This document shows, piece by piece, positions 8,274 to 17,438 of a DNA stretch of 42,117 nt. The DNA is from a virus. Its lineage: Duplodnaviria; Caudoviricetes. Position 1 is the first letter of the stretch. The number at the start of each line of letters is the position of its first letter. The stretch covers positions 1 to 42,117 of IMG/VR virus record IMGVR_UViG_3300005805_000163; one strand, written 5' to 3'. The position numbers and the translations under genes were made by a program. The notes below the pieces were generated by a model. The model made no database searches, was not told where the DNA came from, and saw only the letters and a program-made list of their open reading frames with translations.

Positions 8274-9689
8274 ATGAAATACTTAGAATTGATGGAAGGC
8301 GTAGAGCCAAAGCTACCGGGAGCGCCCAAAGGTGTACAAATTATGACACCTCAACAGTTTGTTGCCAAGAGTACCGGGGAAGAAGAACCTGCAGCAGACA
8401 AAGAAGTTGACGAAGGCATGGGTGCTGGAAGGGGATTTGCGGGATATAAAGATGTATTTTTGGGTAAAGAAGCTATTGGTCAATTGACACAAGATGCCGA
8501 CGGTATGTGGGATGCTATTCCATATGATGCTAAATGGCACGGTACATCAATCGGTGGACCTTTCAATTCAAAACAAGAAGCAATCCTTGCACTAAAACAA
8601 CATTATAAGCAGAAAAGCAGCATATCTGAAGCACCAAAATTAGCTGCACCAACTAGACCAATCGGCGAGCCTGAATTAACAGATTACTTGGATCGTATTC
8701 GTAATAGAGAAAAGAAGAAAACAGACAAATACAAATTACCATACATACATCGTAGCAGTGTAGTTGATTACTATAACGAAGAAGGTAAGAAATACAATAT
8801 AGATGCCATCAAGTCGGCATTAGCAGAAAGACCCAAAGCATTACTGAAGAAAAACGAAAAGATGAAGCACAGTGATGGAGAATTAGAACAGTTCTTCAAT
8901 ATTGGTTTTGCTGCATTGGTTGGTATAGCACTTGATGAACAAACTAATGAACTAATCATAGTAAACACCTGCCCAGGCGCTGGCAGTTGTAAAATAGATT
9001 GCTTTGCTATGAAAGGCGGTAAAGTACAATTCCAAGGTCCATGGCTAAGTGATGGTCGAATACTGACATATTTGTTAAATGACCCAGAAGGTTTCTTCAA
9101 TCAATTAAAAGCAGAAATTAGCAAAGAAGAACTAAAAGGTAAAAAAGGTGGGTACAGTGTAAGTATACGCTGGCATGATGCAGGAGATTTCTTTAGCCCT
9201 GAATATGCAGAAATGGCGTTTAAGTTAGCAGAGTCACTACCTAATGTAGATTTCTATGCATACACTAAAGTGGCTGATGTTGCATTAGGCAAAAAGCCAG
9301 AAAACTTTATCATCAACTGGAGCGAAGGTGCTAGCGCCGGACAGGAGAAGAAAGTAAAAGCACAAGATCCTGAGCTAGAAACAACTAAGAATAGCAGAAT
9401 TGTTCCTAGCGATTTATTCTATGACTTGTTAGTGAAGGACGAAAAGAAAAATCTTGTTAAGGGTCCAGAAGGCCAATGGCAAGTGATACCTGATAAGATC
9501 CCTGAACTAAAACAAAGATTGGCAAGTGCCTACAATATTAGCCCGAGTAGCATTCTTACATATGATGAATGGGATACCAGAGGTAAGAAAAATAATATGA
9601 TGAAGTGGAATGTGATTATCACTCCCGGCGAACCTGACTTAACCGCAAAAGACCCGGGTGTACTCAGCACATTATTGCTAAAACACTAA
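8274..9689 (+). CDS. Gp88-like (radical-SAM-related) domain protein with modular N-terminus
   Basis: TCPGAGSCKIDCFA, IRWHDAGDFFS, FYAYTK are Gp88-family motifs; ATG 8274 after CGGA preferred to TTG 8250. Confidence 0.7.
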   Translation: MKYLELMEGVEPKLPGAPKGVQIMTPQQFVAKSTGEEEPAADKEVDEGMGAGRGFAGYKDVFLGKEAIGQLTQDADGMWDAIPYDAKWHGTSIGGPFNSKQEAILALKQHYKQKSSISEAPKLAAPTRPIGEPELTDYLDRIRNREKKKTDKYKLPYIHRSSVVDYYNEEGKKYNIDAIKSALAERPKALLKKNEKMKHSDGELEQFFNIGFAALVGIALDEQTNELIIVNTCPGAGSCKIDCFAMKGGKVQFQGPWLSDGRILTYLLNDPEGFFNQLKAEISKEELKGKKGGYSVSIRWHDAGDFFSPEYAEMAFKLAESLPNVDFYAYTKVADVALGKKPENFIINWSEGASAGQEKKVKAQDPELETTKNSRIVPSDLFYDLLVKDEKKNLVKGPEGQWQVIPDKIPELKQRLASAYNISPSSILTYDEWDTRGKKNNMMKWNVIITPGEPDLTAKDPGVLSTLLLKH

Positions 9690-9901
9690 CTGTATTTTAA
9701 TACGAACCAACTAGCCATTGGTTCGTTGTAAAAAGTAAACTTAGTTTGTCTAGGTACATCTATCATAGTGCTCCAATCAAACTTTCCCGTGGAGTACTCG
9801 AAATCAAAATCAATGTGTACTCTATACCCTAAATCTTTTAATTCAGACACAATTTCGCTGATTTGATTGCTAGATTTATGTTGGATGATAACCTCAACCA
9901 T
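9686..9901 (-). CDS. hypothetical phage protein
   Basis: 71 aa ORF ending ...ASWFVLKYS, overlapping the epimerase stop. Confidence 0.7.
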   Translation of the reverse strand: MVEVIIQHKSSNQISEIVSELKDLGYRVHIDFDFEYSTGKFDWSTMIDVPRQTKFTFYNEPMASWFVLKYS

Positions 9902-10724
9902 TTACTTTTAGTAAATCTTTTATTGTGTACAGATTCTTCATATATGGTGAAACATCTTCCAACACATAATATTCAATATCACCTTGCCGTCTTGGACCAT
10001 AGGTGACATTGATATCACAATTGTTCACTTCTTCAAACAATCTTACCATTTCTTTAACTGTATATCCTACACCATGTCCCAAACATTCGACATTATTTGC
10101 AGGCCTTTCTATAGCCAATTTAATAGAATGACACACTTCTTCTACATGCAAATAATCTCGGACACAAGTTCCATCGCTAGTATTTGGATAGTCTTTACCA
10201 TAGATAGTAAATTCTCCAGTCTCACGTGCCTTGTTTAAGTTATAAAACAATCCGTCTGCGTTAGTGGGCATTACAACCGTAGAACCTATAACATTATAGA
10301 ACCTGAAAATAGTATATTCAGCACCTGACATTTTAGTGTATGCACGAACTACATCTTCAGCACCACGTTTACTAACACCATATGCACTTAAACAATCTTG
10401 TGCTGCACCTGTACTAGCAAAGATAAAGTTTTTGGTTTTTACTTTGTTTAACACATTCATTGTACCATTCAAATTGGTAATGTAATAACTGATAGGACGT
10501 TCTTCACTTTCACTTACGCTAGTTAACGCTGCCAAATGAACAACTGCATCAAACTCAATACCTTCAATAGAAAATTGTTTGTTAATATCAATTTTGTAAA
10601 ATTTCTCTATTTCAACTTGTGAATCAACAATATCAAGTCCGTGAATTTCATATTCACCGGAGAGCATATTACAAAGATGAGAACCTATGTATCCTGAACT
10701 ACCTGTAATCAAAATCTTTTTCAT
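9894..10724 (-). CDS. galE: NAD-dependent epimerase/dehydratase (UDP-glucose 4-epimerase-like)
   Basis: TGSSGYIG, HLAA, YGVSK, GTCVRDYLHV, RRQGD. Confidence 0.85.
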   Translation of the reverse strand: MKKILITGSSGYIGSHLCNMLSGEYEIHGLDIVDSQVEIEKFYKIDINKQFSIEGIEFDAVVHLAALTSVSESEERPISYYITNLNGTMNVLNKVKTKNFIFASTGAAQDCLSAYGVSKRGAEDVVRAYTKMSGAEYTIFRFYNVIGSTVVMPTNADGLFYNLNKARETGEFTIYGKDYPNTSDGTCVRDYLHVEEVCHSIKLAIERPANNVECLGHGVGYTVKEMVRLFEEVNNCDINVTYGPRRQGDIEYYVLEDVSPYMKNLYTIKDLLKVNG

Positions 10725-12061
10725 TAAATTTCCTCAAAAAGTGATAGCCCTGTAACTTCCTCTGTTGGCTCAAAGGTCGGGTCTTTAGTTAGATATGTAT
10801 CATTATCGGTATAAATGACACGAAATTTATGTTTATTAGTAAGAACACTACGTATGTCATCAATACAAACTATATTACGCTTTAGCCCACGGACGTAATC
10901 TTGTAGCTTTACTGTGGTTTCTGTACAAATTTTTGCTGTATTACTGTTCGATTGTTTAGAACAAAATTCTGAAAAACAATCGTTCCATTTTCCAAACACA
11001 CGCCTTTCCATAAATTGGCCGTGACTCAGCGATTCTACATTGTACCAAGATTCGGCTGTCGGAAATAATTCATACAACTCTTTTGTTCTCTGAGCCATAT
11101 TTTTCTTATTGCATTTGTAAAAGAAATCCTCATTAAAGTTATTAGTCCAACGTTGATTTTCTAATACTAGTGTAGGTAATTGAAGGTGTTGTTCATAGAA
11201 CGCCATACCATAGCTTTCAACTATGCTAGGATTAAATGCTACTCTAGCACTAGTGATGAAGTCTACTTTTTCTTTACCGACAATACTAGCACGAACATCA
11301 TACTTAACCCCGATCTTCTTCAACCGTTCTTCAAACTTTTTAACACCATTTGGGCTAGTCATGACCTTAGCTGGCAGTTTGGTTTGCTCAATCAACTCAA
11401 TGAAAAGTTCAGGATTCTTTCCTTCTTCCCATCGACCAACAAATAATACACCCTCACGTGGCTTGTGATGTTCTAGTAATAAGTCTTGTTCTGTAACAGG
11501 TATAGGAAGATGCCATGCACCATTACTCATTGATACTTGATTGAACTTACTTTGTGTGCCGATCCATAGAGAATTACATTCTAATTGTTTACGCATCATA
11601 TCGTTGGTAGAATGTAAAAAAGGATTTTTAGTGTCTTTAAATATTTGGCTTTCTAGGTGCGTGTAAGCAATAATCTGAATACAATCTTCAAGTCCCATTG
11701 TTAGTGCTACTTGAATGCTTTCATATGTATTACAAACAAAGGCGTCATAGATATTATGTTCCAATGCTTCTACAATTGCATTACGAAAGTTTGCCATACG
11801 TTCATAACAGTATGTATCTCCATACATAAAAATGTTGCTATGGGTAGTATAGGGTAATGATTCCAATGGGGCAATAATGTTTGCCTTCAATGACTTTACA
11901 AATTCATTATCTTTCGGTTCTTTGTCTGTAATGATATCTACTTTGATATTGTGTTCGTCCATTAACTCGCAAAAACTTTTTGCGAACTGACCTATGCCAC
12001 CATGCGGTATTAATGTTTGATAACTTACTAAGAAGCCGACTCTTTTATTATACGTTTTCAT
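10724..12061 (-). CDS. GT-B fold (GT4-like) glycosyltransferase
   Basis: HGGIGQF, LFVGRWEEGKN, ESYGMAFYE (Ex7E). Confidence 0.8.
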   Translation of the reverse strand: MKTYNKRVGFLVSYQTLIPHGGIGQFAKSFCELMDEHNIKVDIITDKEPKDNEFVKSLKANIIAPLESLPYTTHSNIFMYGDTYCYERMANFRNAIVEALEHNIYDAFVCNTYESIQVALTMGLEDCIQIIAYTHLESQIFKDTKNPFLHSTNDMMRKQLECNSLWIGTQSKFNQVSMSNGAWHLPIPVTEQDLLLEHHKPREGVLFVGRWEEGKNPELFIELIEQTKLPAKVMTSPNGVKKFEERLKKIGVKYDVRASIVGKEKVDFITSARVAFNPSIVESYGMAFYEQHLQLPTLVLENQRWTNNFNEDFFYKCNKKNMAQRTKELYELFPTAESWYNVESLSHGQFMERRVFGKWNDCFSEFCSKQSNSNTAKICTETTVKLQDYVRGLKRNIVCIDDIRSVLTNKHKFRVIYTDNDTYLTKDPTFEPTEEVTGLSLFEEI

Positions 12062-12602
12062 GACTATTATTTACCAATGTTTCGATTGCTGCAATTAAAT
12101 CTTCGTAGTTAGAAGGTCTGTTATACTTTTTATAATCTGAAAGCCTAAGCACTGTTTGAATATCTTCGTACACATATTCTTTGGTGCATAATGGTCGTAA
12201 CTTTTCTTCGTAATCTTTATTAAAGATTAACAATTGATTTACAACCGATTTTAAATGGTCCTCTTCATAATCAATTTGATAGAATTCTGTATCAATATTA
12301 TTTTGATTGTGCCAAACATTACGTTGAATAGAAATAAAATAACTGGCTATCTGTTGAATTACGTCACGCCTATAGATACCATAAACGGTTGAAGATTTAA
12401 TCAATTCTGAAAATTGAGGTTCAACAATTTGATCAGGCATTATTTTTATAACATAGTTGCCTTCTTTGATAGTATCAAAATTGTTTTGCAGTTTATCACG
12501 ATGAAAATATTCATCGTAATTTTTGACCTTATACATTTTAGCCAGTGAATTACAAAATGCTGTAGACCCAGTTCTATAGCTTGACAATACAACTATTTTC
12601 AT
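12048..12602 (-). CDS. sulfotransferase-like protein
   Basis: SSYRTGST PAPS-binding loop, EYF, R-D...QIASYF and YED, as in Stf0-like sulfotransferases. Confidence 0.65.
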   Translation of the reverse strand: MKIVVLSSYRTGSTAFCNSLAKMYKVKNYDEYFHRDKLQNNFDTIKEGNYVIKIMPDQIVEPQFSELIKSSTVYGIYRRDVIQQIASYFISIQRNVWHNQNNIDTEFYQIDYEEDHLKSVVNQLLIFNKDYEEKLRPLCTKEYVYEDIQTVLRLSDYKKYNRPSNYEDLIAAIETLVNNSHENV

Positions 12603-12817
12603 TTACGTAGCCTATCAACTATGAAATATGTTTTGTCGTACCAGCGGTGTTCGAAGGCAGGATCGCCAGGTCCAGTATACATTGCAGTTTGTTTATAGCC
12701 GCACGTTAACCAAATAAGTTTATTCGACAGGTGGCATTTTTTTGGAAGCCATGCAAATTTATATTCAGTACCAATACAATTTCGTTCAAAGCTATCCATT
12801 TGGTCATAATAAAACAT
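12599..12817 (-). CDS. hypothetical phage protein
   Basis: KFAWLP..C..S...IWL; ATG 12817 (TAATG overlap). Confidence 0.65.
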   Translation of the reverse strand: MFYYDQMDSFERNCIGTEYKFAWLPKKCHLSNKLIWLTCGYKQTAMYTGPGDPAFEHRWYDKTYFIVDRLRK

Positions 12818-13002
12818 TACCAATTACTTACATCAGTAATATCGGTTACGATTTTTTTAGGTGTATATTCTATTTTTGTCGTAGGACCTATACCTGATTC
12901 GTGTGTTTCTATGATTGATATTTGATCCACAGTGTCATACATGTCAAACACTTCCTTCAATCTCTCAAATTGCATTCTCGTAATTACTATTTTTATCATC
13001 AT
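12817..13002 (-). CDS. hypothetical phage protein
   Basis: ATGA overlap with queE stop; ends TDITDVSNW. Confidence 0.65.
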   Translation of the reverse strand: MMIKIVITRMQFERLKEVFDMYDTVDQISIIETHESGIGPTTKIEYTPKKIVTDITDVSNW

Positions 13003-13850
13003 GTTCCCCATTCATTTTTAAACAATGGTACTTGAAGTCTATCGCTGTAACGCAGCCCATGTTTCATTGCCATTTTAGCTACTTGCTTGTTATTCATGCT
13101 GTACACTCTTTCAGTACCACCGACCGGCATGACATATACATTACCCATGAAACCATTTTTACGATAGATGTTTACTACGTCTAACACTTCTTCAACATCT
13201 TCATTAGTAGCAATAACAAACTTGAGATAGGTGTGCCCATATAGTTCATATTCACGAACAACTTCAGGACATATTGCATCTTCACGCTTTTCACCGCTAC
13301 TAGAAAGTTTAGCACTAACACTGAAGGTTAACGTTTCAATTCCCTTTTGCTTGTGCCATTGCTTTTGTAAAAACTTTTTGAAATCTTCATGCAATGGTTG
13401 AGTGCCATTTGTCTCAAATGTTAACTCTTTGAGTGCTATCATTTCAGGATAGCTAAGTAGTTCAGGATATGCACGTTGCCAGCCTAGCAATGGTTCCCCA
13501 CCTGTAATTACGAGGTGCTCGTCTACCCAACGCTTATGTGGCAACAGTTCCATAATTTTTACAACAATTTCATCAGTATTGTAGTATGGACTCAAATGTC
13601 GGAAAGCAGGATCCCATGATGCATAACTATCACATCCGCTGCTAACCAATGGCAAAGATTTGTAATCTTTATATGCGGTTATGAATCGTGCAACTCCAAT
13701 TCTTTCTTCGCTCAATTCACCTTTGGGCATACCAAATCCCGCACATTTGAAATTACAACCAAATGTACGAAGGAATACACTGGGTACACCCATATAGCGA
13801 CCTTCGCCTTGAATACTATAAAACAATTCGCTAATTTTTAATTTTTGCAT
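12999..13850 (-). CDS. queE: 7-carboxy-7-deazaguanine synthase (radical SAM)
   Basis: SELFYSIQGEG, FLRTFGCN, ITGGEPLL, FETNGT, SAKL, RLQV..F; ATG 13850 preferred. Confidence 0.92.
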   Translation of the reverse strand: MQKLKISELFYSIQGEGRYMGVPSVFLRTFGCNFKCAGFGMPKGELSEERIGVARFITAYKDYKSLPLVSSGCDSYASWDPAFRHLSPYYNTDEIVVKIMELLPHKRWVDEHLVITGGEPLLGWQRAYPELLSYPEMIALKELTFETNGTQPLHEDFKKFLQKQWHKQKGIETLTFSVSAKLSSSGEKREDAICPEVVREYELYGHTYLKFVIATNEDVEEVLDVVNIYRKNGFMGNVYVMPVGGTERVYSMNNKQVAKMAMKHGLRYSDRLQVPLFKNEWGT

Positions 13851-15019
13851 ATCTGTTCCGTAATGAATTTTGCTGTATAAGGAGCTAATGTCCAACCTAA
13901 GTGCCCGTGTCCTGTATTATAATATACTTTGTTGTTTTTGTCACTAGATTTGGTTATGGGAAGCATGTTCGGAGTCATTGGTCGAAGACATGCCCAACTG
14001 CTGTAATCATGAGCATTAACCATTGGTAGGTTTTTATGCACCCATTGCAATAATGGTTCTATTCTATCCCTACGAATATCATAGTTTTCTCCTGTTAGTT
14101 CAGCAGTGCCTGCGACTCGTAATCGATTACTTAATGTACTAGTAACTATTTTGGCTTGGTCATCTAGCAGACTAACTTTGGGCATGGCTTGATACGATTT
14201 TATATCATTAGCTGTGATAGTGATGCTATAACCCTTAACAGGATATATGTGCAAACGATCACCTATTGACTTAGCAAGATTGACACTATTGTGTCCAGCA
14301 CAAACTACTACCTTATCAAAACAGAGTAGGTAACGTATATCTTCAATTGTCTGAGAAAATACAAAATTAACATTATACCTAAATTCTAATACTTTTTGCA
14401 TCTCATAACAAAACTTATGTATATCACCGGTCCAATCAGACTTGGTATACACTCCACCAACTAAATCAGTCATATAATGTAATGTACTATCCAATGATCT
14501 GATTTGGTTAATGTTTAGTATCTCCCACTCACATTCGGTCTGTCCATATATTGATTGTGACCGCTTAGCCATATCAAAATATTTTTGATCTTTATATACA
14601 TGTAGTATTCCATCATACCTTTGATCAAAATCTATTTTTTCTTCAGTAATTATTTCTTCGTAGAGTTTTCTAGATTCTAAACCCATTCGTATAGTTTCTA
14701 ATGTATTCTTTTCATACTCATTTTTTGCAGTATGATATAAAAATTTAGTTAGCCAAACAATCTTGTCGTATTCTAAACTAGGCCGAATGAGGAGAGGTGC
14801 ATCCTTTTTGAACATCCATTTAATGCCCTTAATAACATTACTCCATGTTGTCCATACTTCACTATTGCTGACGCTCACCTGCCCACCATTGGCATAACTA
14901 CAACGCATGGCAGGGTAATGCTCACTATCGTAAACAGTGACCTTGCACCCTGCCTTAGCCAGATAATATGCAGTTGTAATACCAGAAATTCCGGCACCTA
15001 TAACGGCAACTTTACTCAT
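13838..15019 (-). CDS. dadA: FAD-dependent D-amino acid dehydrogenase-like oxidoreductase
   Basis: GAGISG, SYANGGQ, YPVKGYSIT, LRVAGTAE, LRPMTP, NTGHGHLGWT. Confidence 0.88.
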   Translation of the reverse strand: MSKVAVIGAGISGITTAYYLAKAGCKVTVYDSEHYPAMRCSYANGGQVSVSNSEVWTTWSNVIKGIKWMFKKDAPLLIRPSLEYDKIVWLTKFLYHTAKNEYEKNTLETIRMGLESRKLYEEIITEEKIDFDQRYDGILHVYKDQKYFDMAKRSQSIYGQTECEWEILNINQIRSLDSTLHYMTDLVGGVYTKSDWTGDIHKFCYEMQKVLEFRYNVNFVFSQTIEDIRYLLCFDKVVVCAGHNSVNLAKSIGDRLHIYPVKGYSITITANDIKSYQAMPKVSLLDDQAKIVTSTLSNRLRVAGTAELTGENYDIRRDRIEPLLQWVHKNLPMVNAHDYSSWACLRPMTPNMLPITKSSDKNNKVYYNTGHGHLGWTLAPYTAKFITEQICKN

Positions 15020-15552
15020 ACGTATAAATCTTCATTCCATTCACGATGACCTTCACGGAAAGCCATATTACTTTGCGTTTCACGTACTTCTACACGATAG
15101 CACCAAAGTCTATTGGCTTCATGTTCTCCAAGCATATCAGGAATATACACGGTATTCATATATTTGTAAAGCATATCGGCTAAACCCTCACATCCTAGTC
15201 TGGGAAGTATTGTAAGTTTAGCCAATTTCTTTTCTTGTAATAACTTGAATGTTTCTAACTCTGGATCGTCTTGTGCCACAAGTAATGTATGATCAAATTG
15301 ATCTTCAAGAATTTTCTTAAGTTCTTTTAGTCCACCATAATCCATAGCCCAATTACGAATGTCTAGATTATCAGTCCCGAAATAAAACTTCATACTAAAA
15401 CTATAGCCATGAATCAGATTACAATGACTATCTGCACGCCATTGCCGATATGCACACGGAAATGCATCATGATATTCTTTAGTACTGGTGTACTTGTATT
15501 GGCGAGTGCTGCGCCAAATGTGTGAAGTTTCTTCAATGTTTTGATTTGCCAT
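15016..15552 (-). CDS. queD: 6-carboxytetrahydropterin synthase (QueD/PTPS family)
   Basis: HCNLIHGY, DYGGLK, FDHTLL, GCE, VRET; AAGGAG SD; close to queE. Confidence 0.88.
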   Translation of the reverse strand: MANQNIEETSHIWRSTRQYKYTSTKEYHDAFPCAYRQWRADSHCNLIHGYSFSMKFYFGTDNLDIRNWAMDYGGLKELKKILEDQFDHTLLVAQDDPELETFKLLQEKKLAKLTILPRLGCEGLADMLYKYMNTVYIPDMLGEHEANRLWCYRVEVRETQSNMAFREGHREWNEDLYV

Positions 15553-15586
15553 CTCTAGTCTCCTTTATTTAAAGTAGCAAGTTTGA

Positions 15587-15628
15587 TGACAGCAGAATTT
15601 ATAGAGCGGGATGATGCCAAAGACCGCT
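15587..15628 (-). ncRNA. candidate preQ1-I-like riboswitch aptamer (H-type pseudoknot) in queD leader
   Basis: AGCGG-UCUUUGGCAUCAUC-CCGCU stem-loop, CUAUAAA tail, loop UGGCA complementary to downstream UGUCA. Confidence 0.55.
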
Positions 15629-15632
15629 ATTC

Positions 15633-16487
15633 TCACTTAAGTCCCATTTGTTGACGTATTTTGGTAGCACTAATGCTAGTAATACTTTCATCAAATGTTT
15701 CTTGTTCTATCTTATAGCCTACGTCACGACCATATGTGATGTTTACAATATTTGGAACTACAATAATTTCGTACTGACCTTGATACAGTGGATCTAAGTC
15801 TCGTTTAATATACTCTTTTACTTGTTCTAATGCAAATGGATTGGATCCCTGCCACCCTTGACAGTCACGAATCATGATACATACTTGACCTGTTTTAGCA
15901 ATTGCTCGTTCAAATAATGCACGATGGCCAGGATGCCATGGTTGCCAACGTCCTAACATTTGAACAGTTTCTTTTTGCCAATTGAATGTTGGTCTTCGGC
16001 GATTTTCTAATATATGTTGCCCAACAAACTCTACCCACTTTTCAGCATTTTGTTCAGTGATTCTAAAATCATATACGTCTGGTGGTACAAATGCTTTATT
16101 AGTATCTTCGTAACGACCTTTATCTATGGTATCTATCCATATAGTCCAATCAGCTTTGAAGTTATTACGCATTTCGGGTAATGGTGCTACAAAGTCACAA
16201 ATAACATAATCACCGGTGCATTTAAGTGCAAACTCAAGCATACGCAGACTTTGACGAATTCTACCCTCTTTACTAAAATCCCAGTCATTATATTGTCTAC
16301 GAACATCGTCAGCGTTAAACCAATCTACTTTACTTTTATAGAAAGAAGGAGGTACTTCATATTCTACTAAACGTTCAAAAGGCATAGTGTCAACGCTAGA
16401 AAAATCTTCTAAGTATTTTTTCAAACGTTCTGCGAAATACGTTTTACCTGAACCAGGTAAACCCATTATTAATATTCTCTTAGTCAT
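15633..16487 (-). CDS. APS-kinase-like P-loop domain fused to an HxGH nucleotidyltransferase domain
   Basis: GLPGSGKT, NADDVR, DFSKEGR, DFVAP (CysC-like); MLGRWQPWHPGH, YGRDVGY, ISATKIR. Confidence 0.8.
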   Translation of the reverse strand: MTKRILIMGLPGSGKTYFAERLKKYLEDFSSVDTMPFERLVEYEVPPSFYKSKVDWFNADDVRRQYNDWDFSKEGRIRQSLRMLEFALKCTGDYVICDFVAPLPEMRNNFKADWTIWIDTIDKGRYEDTNKAFVPPDVYDFRITEQNAEKWVEFVGQHILENRRRPTFNWQKETVQMLGRWQPWHPGHRALFERAIAKTGQVCIMIRDCQGWQGSNPFALEQVKEYIKRDLDPLYQGQYEIIVVPNIVNITYGRDVGYKIEQETFDESITSISATKIRQQMGLK

Positions 16488-16956
16488 TCTTTTCCCTTTT
16501 ATTTAATTCTGCTTCTGCAACACGCTTACGTAAACTACTGGAACTAAAACTATGATCACGTTTGTTAAAAATGTGTTCTATCCCCCTACCTGCCCCCTCA
16601 TTTCTACCCGTGAAGTTTGTATCTTCATATTCAACACCTAAAATGCGAATATCAATAGGTAGTGTCAGTATCAAGTCCACTAAGTCACGTTCTGTTTCAT
16701 ATACAACAATCTCATCTACAAAACGGCAAGCACTCAATTGTATTTGACGTTCTACTAAACTCTGTACAGGTTTATTTTTAGTATCAGGTCTATCAATAGT
16801 AGGATCAGTTTGCAATCCACATATCAAATAATCGCAATGATTTTTTGCTTCACTGAGCATAGCAATATGCCCGGCATGCAATAGGTCAAAGGTACTTGCA
16901 GTAAATCCTATTTTTAAACCTTTGTCTTTTAGTTCTTTTATTTTGTTAAATATCAT
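16480..16956 (-). CDS. TagD-like cytidylyltransferase
   Basis: STFDLLHAGH, GLQTDP, ER...L..C.FVDE, SSSSLR. Confidence 0.85.
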   Translation of the reverse strand: MIFNKIKELKDKGLKIGFTASTFDLLHAGHIAMLSEAKNHCDYLICGLQTDPTIDRPDTKNKPVQSLVERQIQLSACRFVDEIVVYETERDLVDLILTLPIDIRILGVEYEDTNFTGRNEGAGRGIEHIFNKRDHSFSSSSLRKRVAEAELNKREKND

Positions 16957-17192
16957 TCTTTTAATACCTCTTCTACTTCTACCTCATTACCGAAATAATG
17001 TACAAAATAAACTTTACCTGCATGATGATATTCATCAGTAAAGGATCTTTGATTGTTGGTAGATTCTACTGGCTCAATAAGTCTAAACACTGTCAGCATG
17101 TGTTCCTTTTCATCGCCCTCTAAAAGTCTTTTAGGCGGACCATAAACTCTACGAATGAAGGCTTTAGCTTCATCCTTAGACATGTTCCGCAT
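16953..17192 (-). CDS. hypothetical phage protein
   Basis: Track ORF 16953..17219; ATG 17192 avoids overlap with the upstream gene. Confidence 0.65.
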   Translation of the reverse strand: MRNMSKDEAKAFIRRVYGPPKRLLEGDEKEHMLTVFRLIEPVESTNNQRSFTDEYHHAGKVYFVHYFGNEVEVEEVLKE

Positions 17193-17197
17193 AAGTC

Positions 17198-17434
17198 TTA
17201 ACTTTTCAGTGTGCGCCACATTACTACCTGTTCATGTTCCTTCAGGAATTCTTCTTCACCTGAAAAAGTTCCACTGTCTTTTAAAATTGCATCTACTAGC
17301 CACTTAATACGATACAAATCTTGTTTGATCGCCCATTGCGTATACCCATCGTTATAGGAGCTATGTAATTCTACTCCTGCCATATATACTTGGTGATGAA
17401 CGCTATTATAATCCATTGGTTTACGGAATCCCAT
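17198..17434 (-). CDS. hypothetical phage protein
   Basis: ATG 17434 preceded by AAGGAG. Confidence 0.7.
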   Translation of the reverse strand: MGFRKPMDYNSVHHQVYMAGVELHSSYNDGYTQWAIKQDLYRIKWLVDAILKDSGTFSGEEEFLKEHEQVVMWRTLKS

Positions 17435-17438
17435 TATA

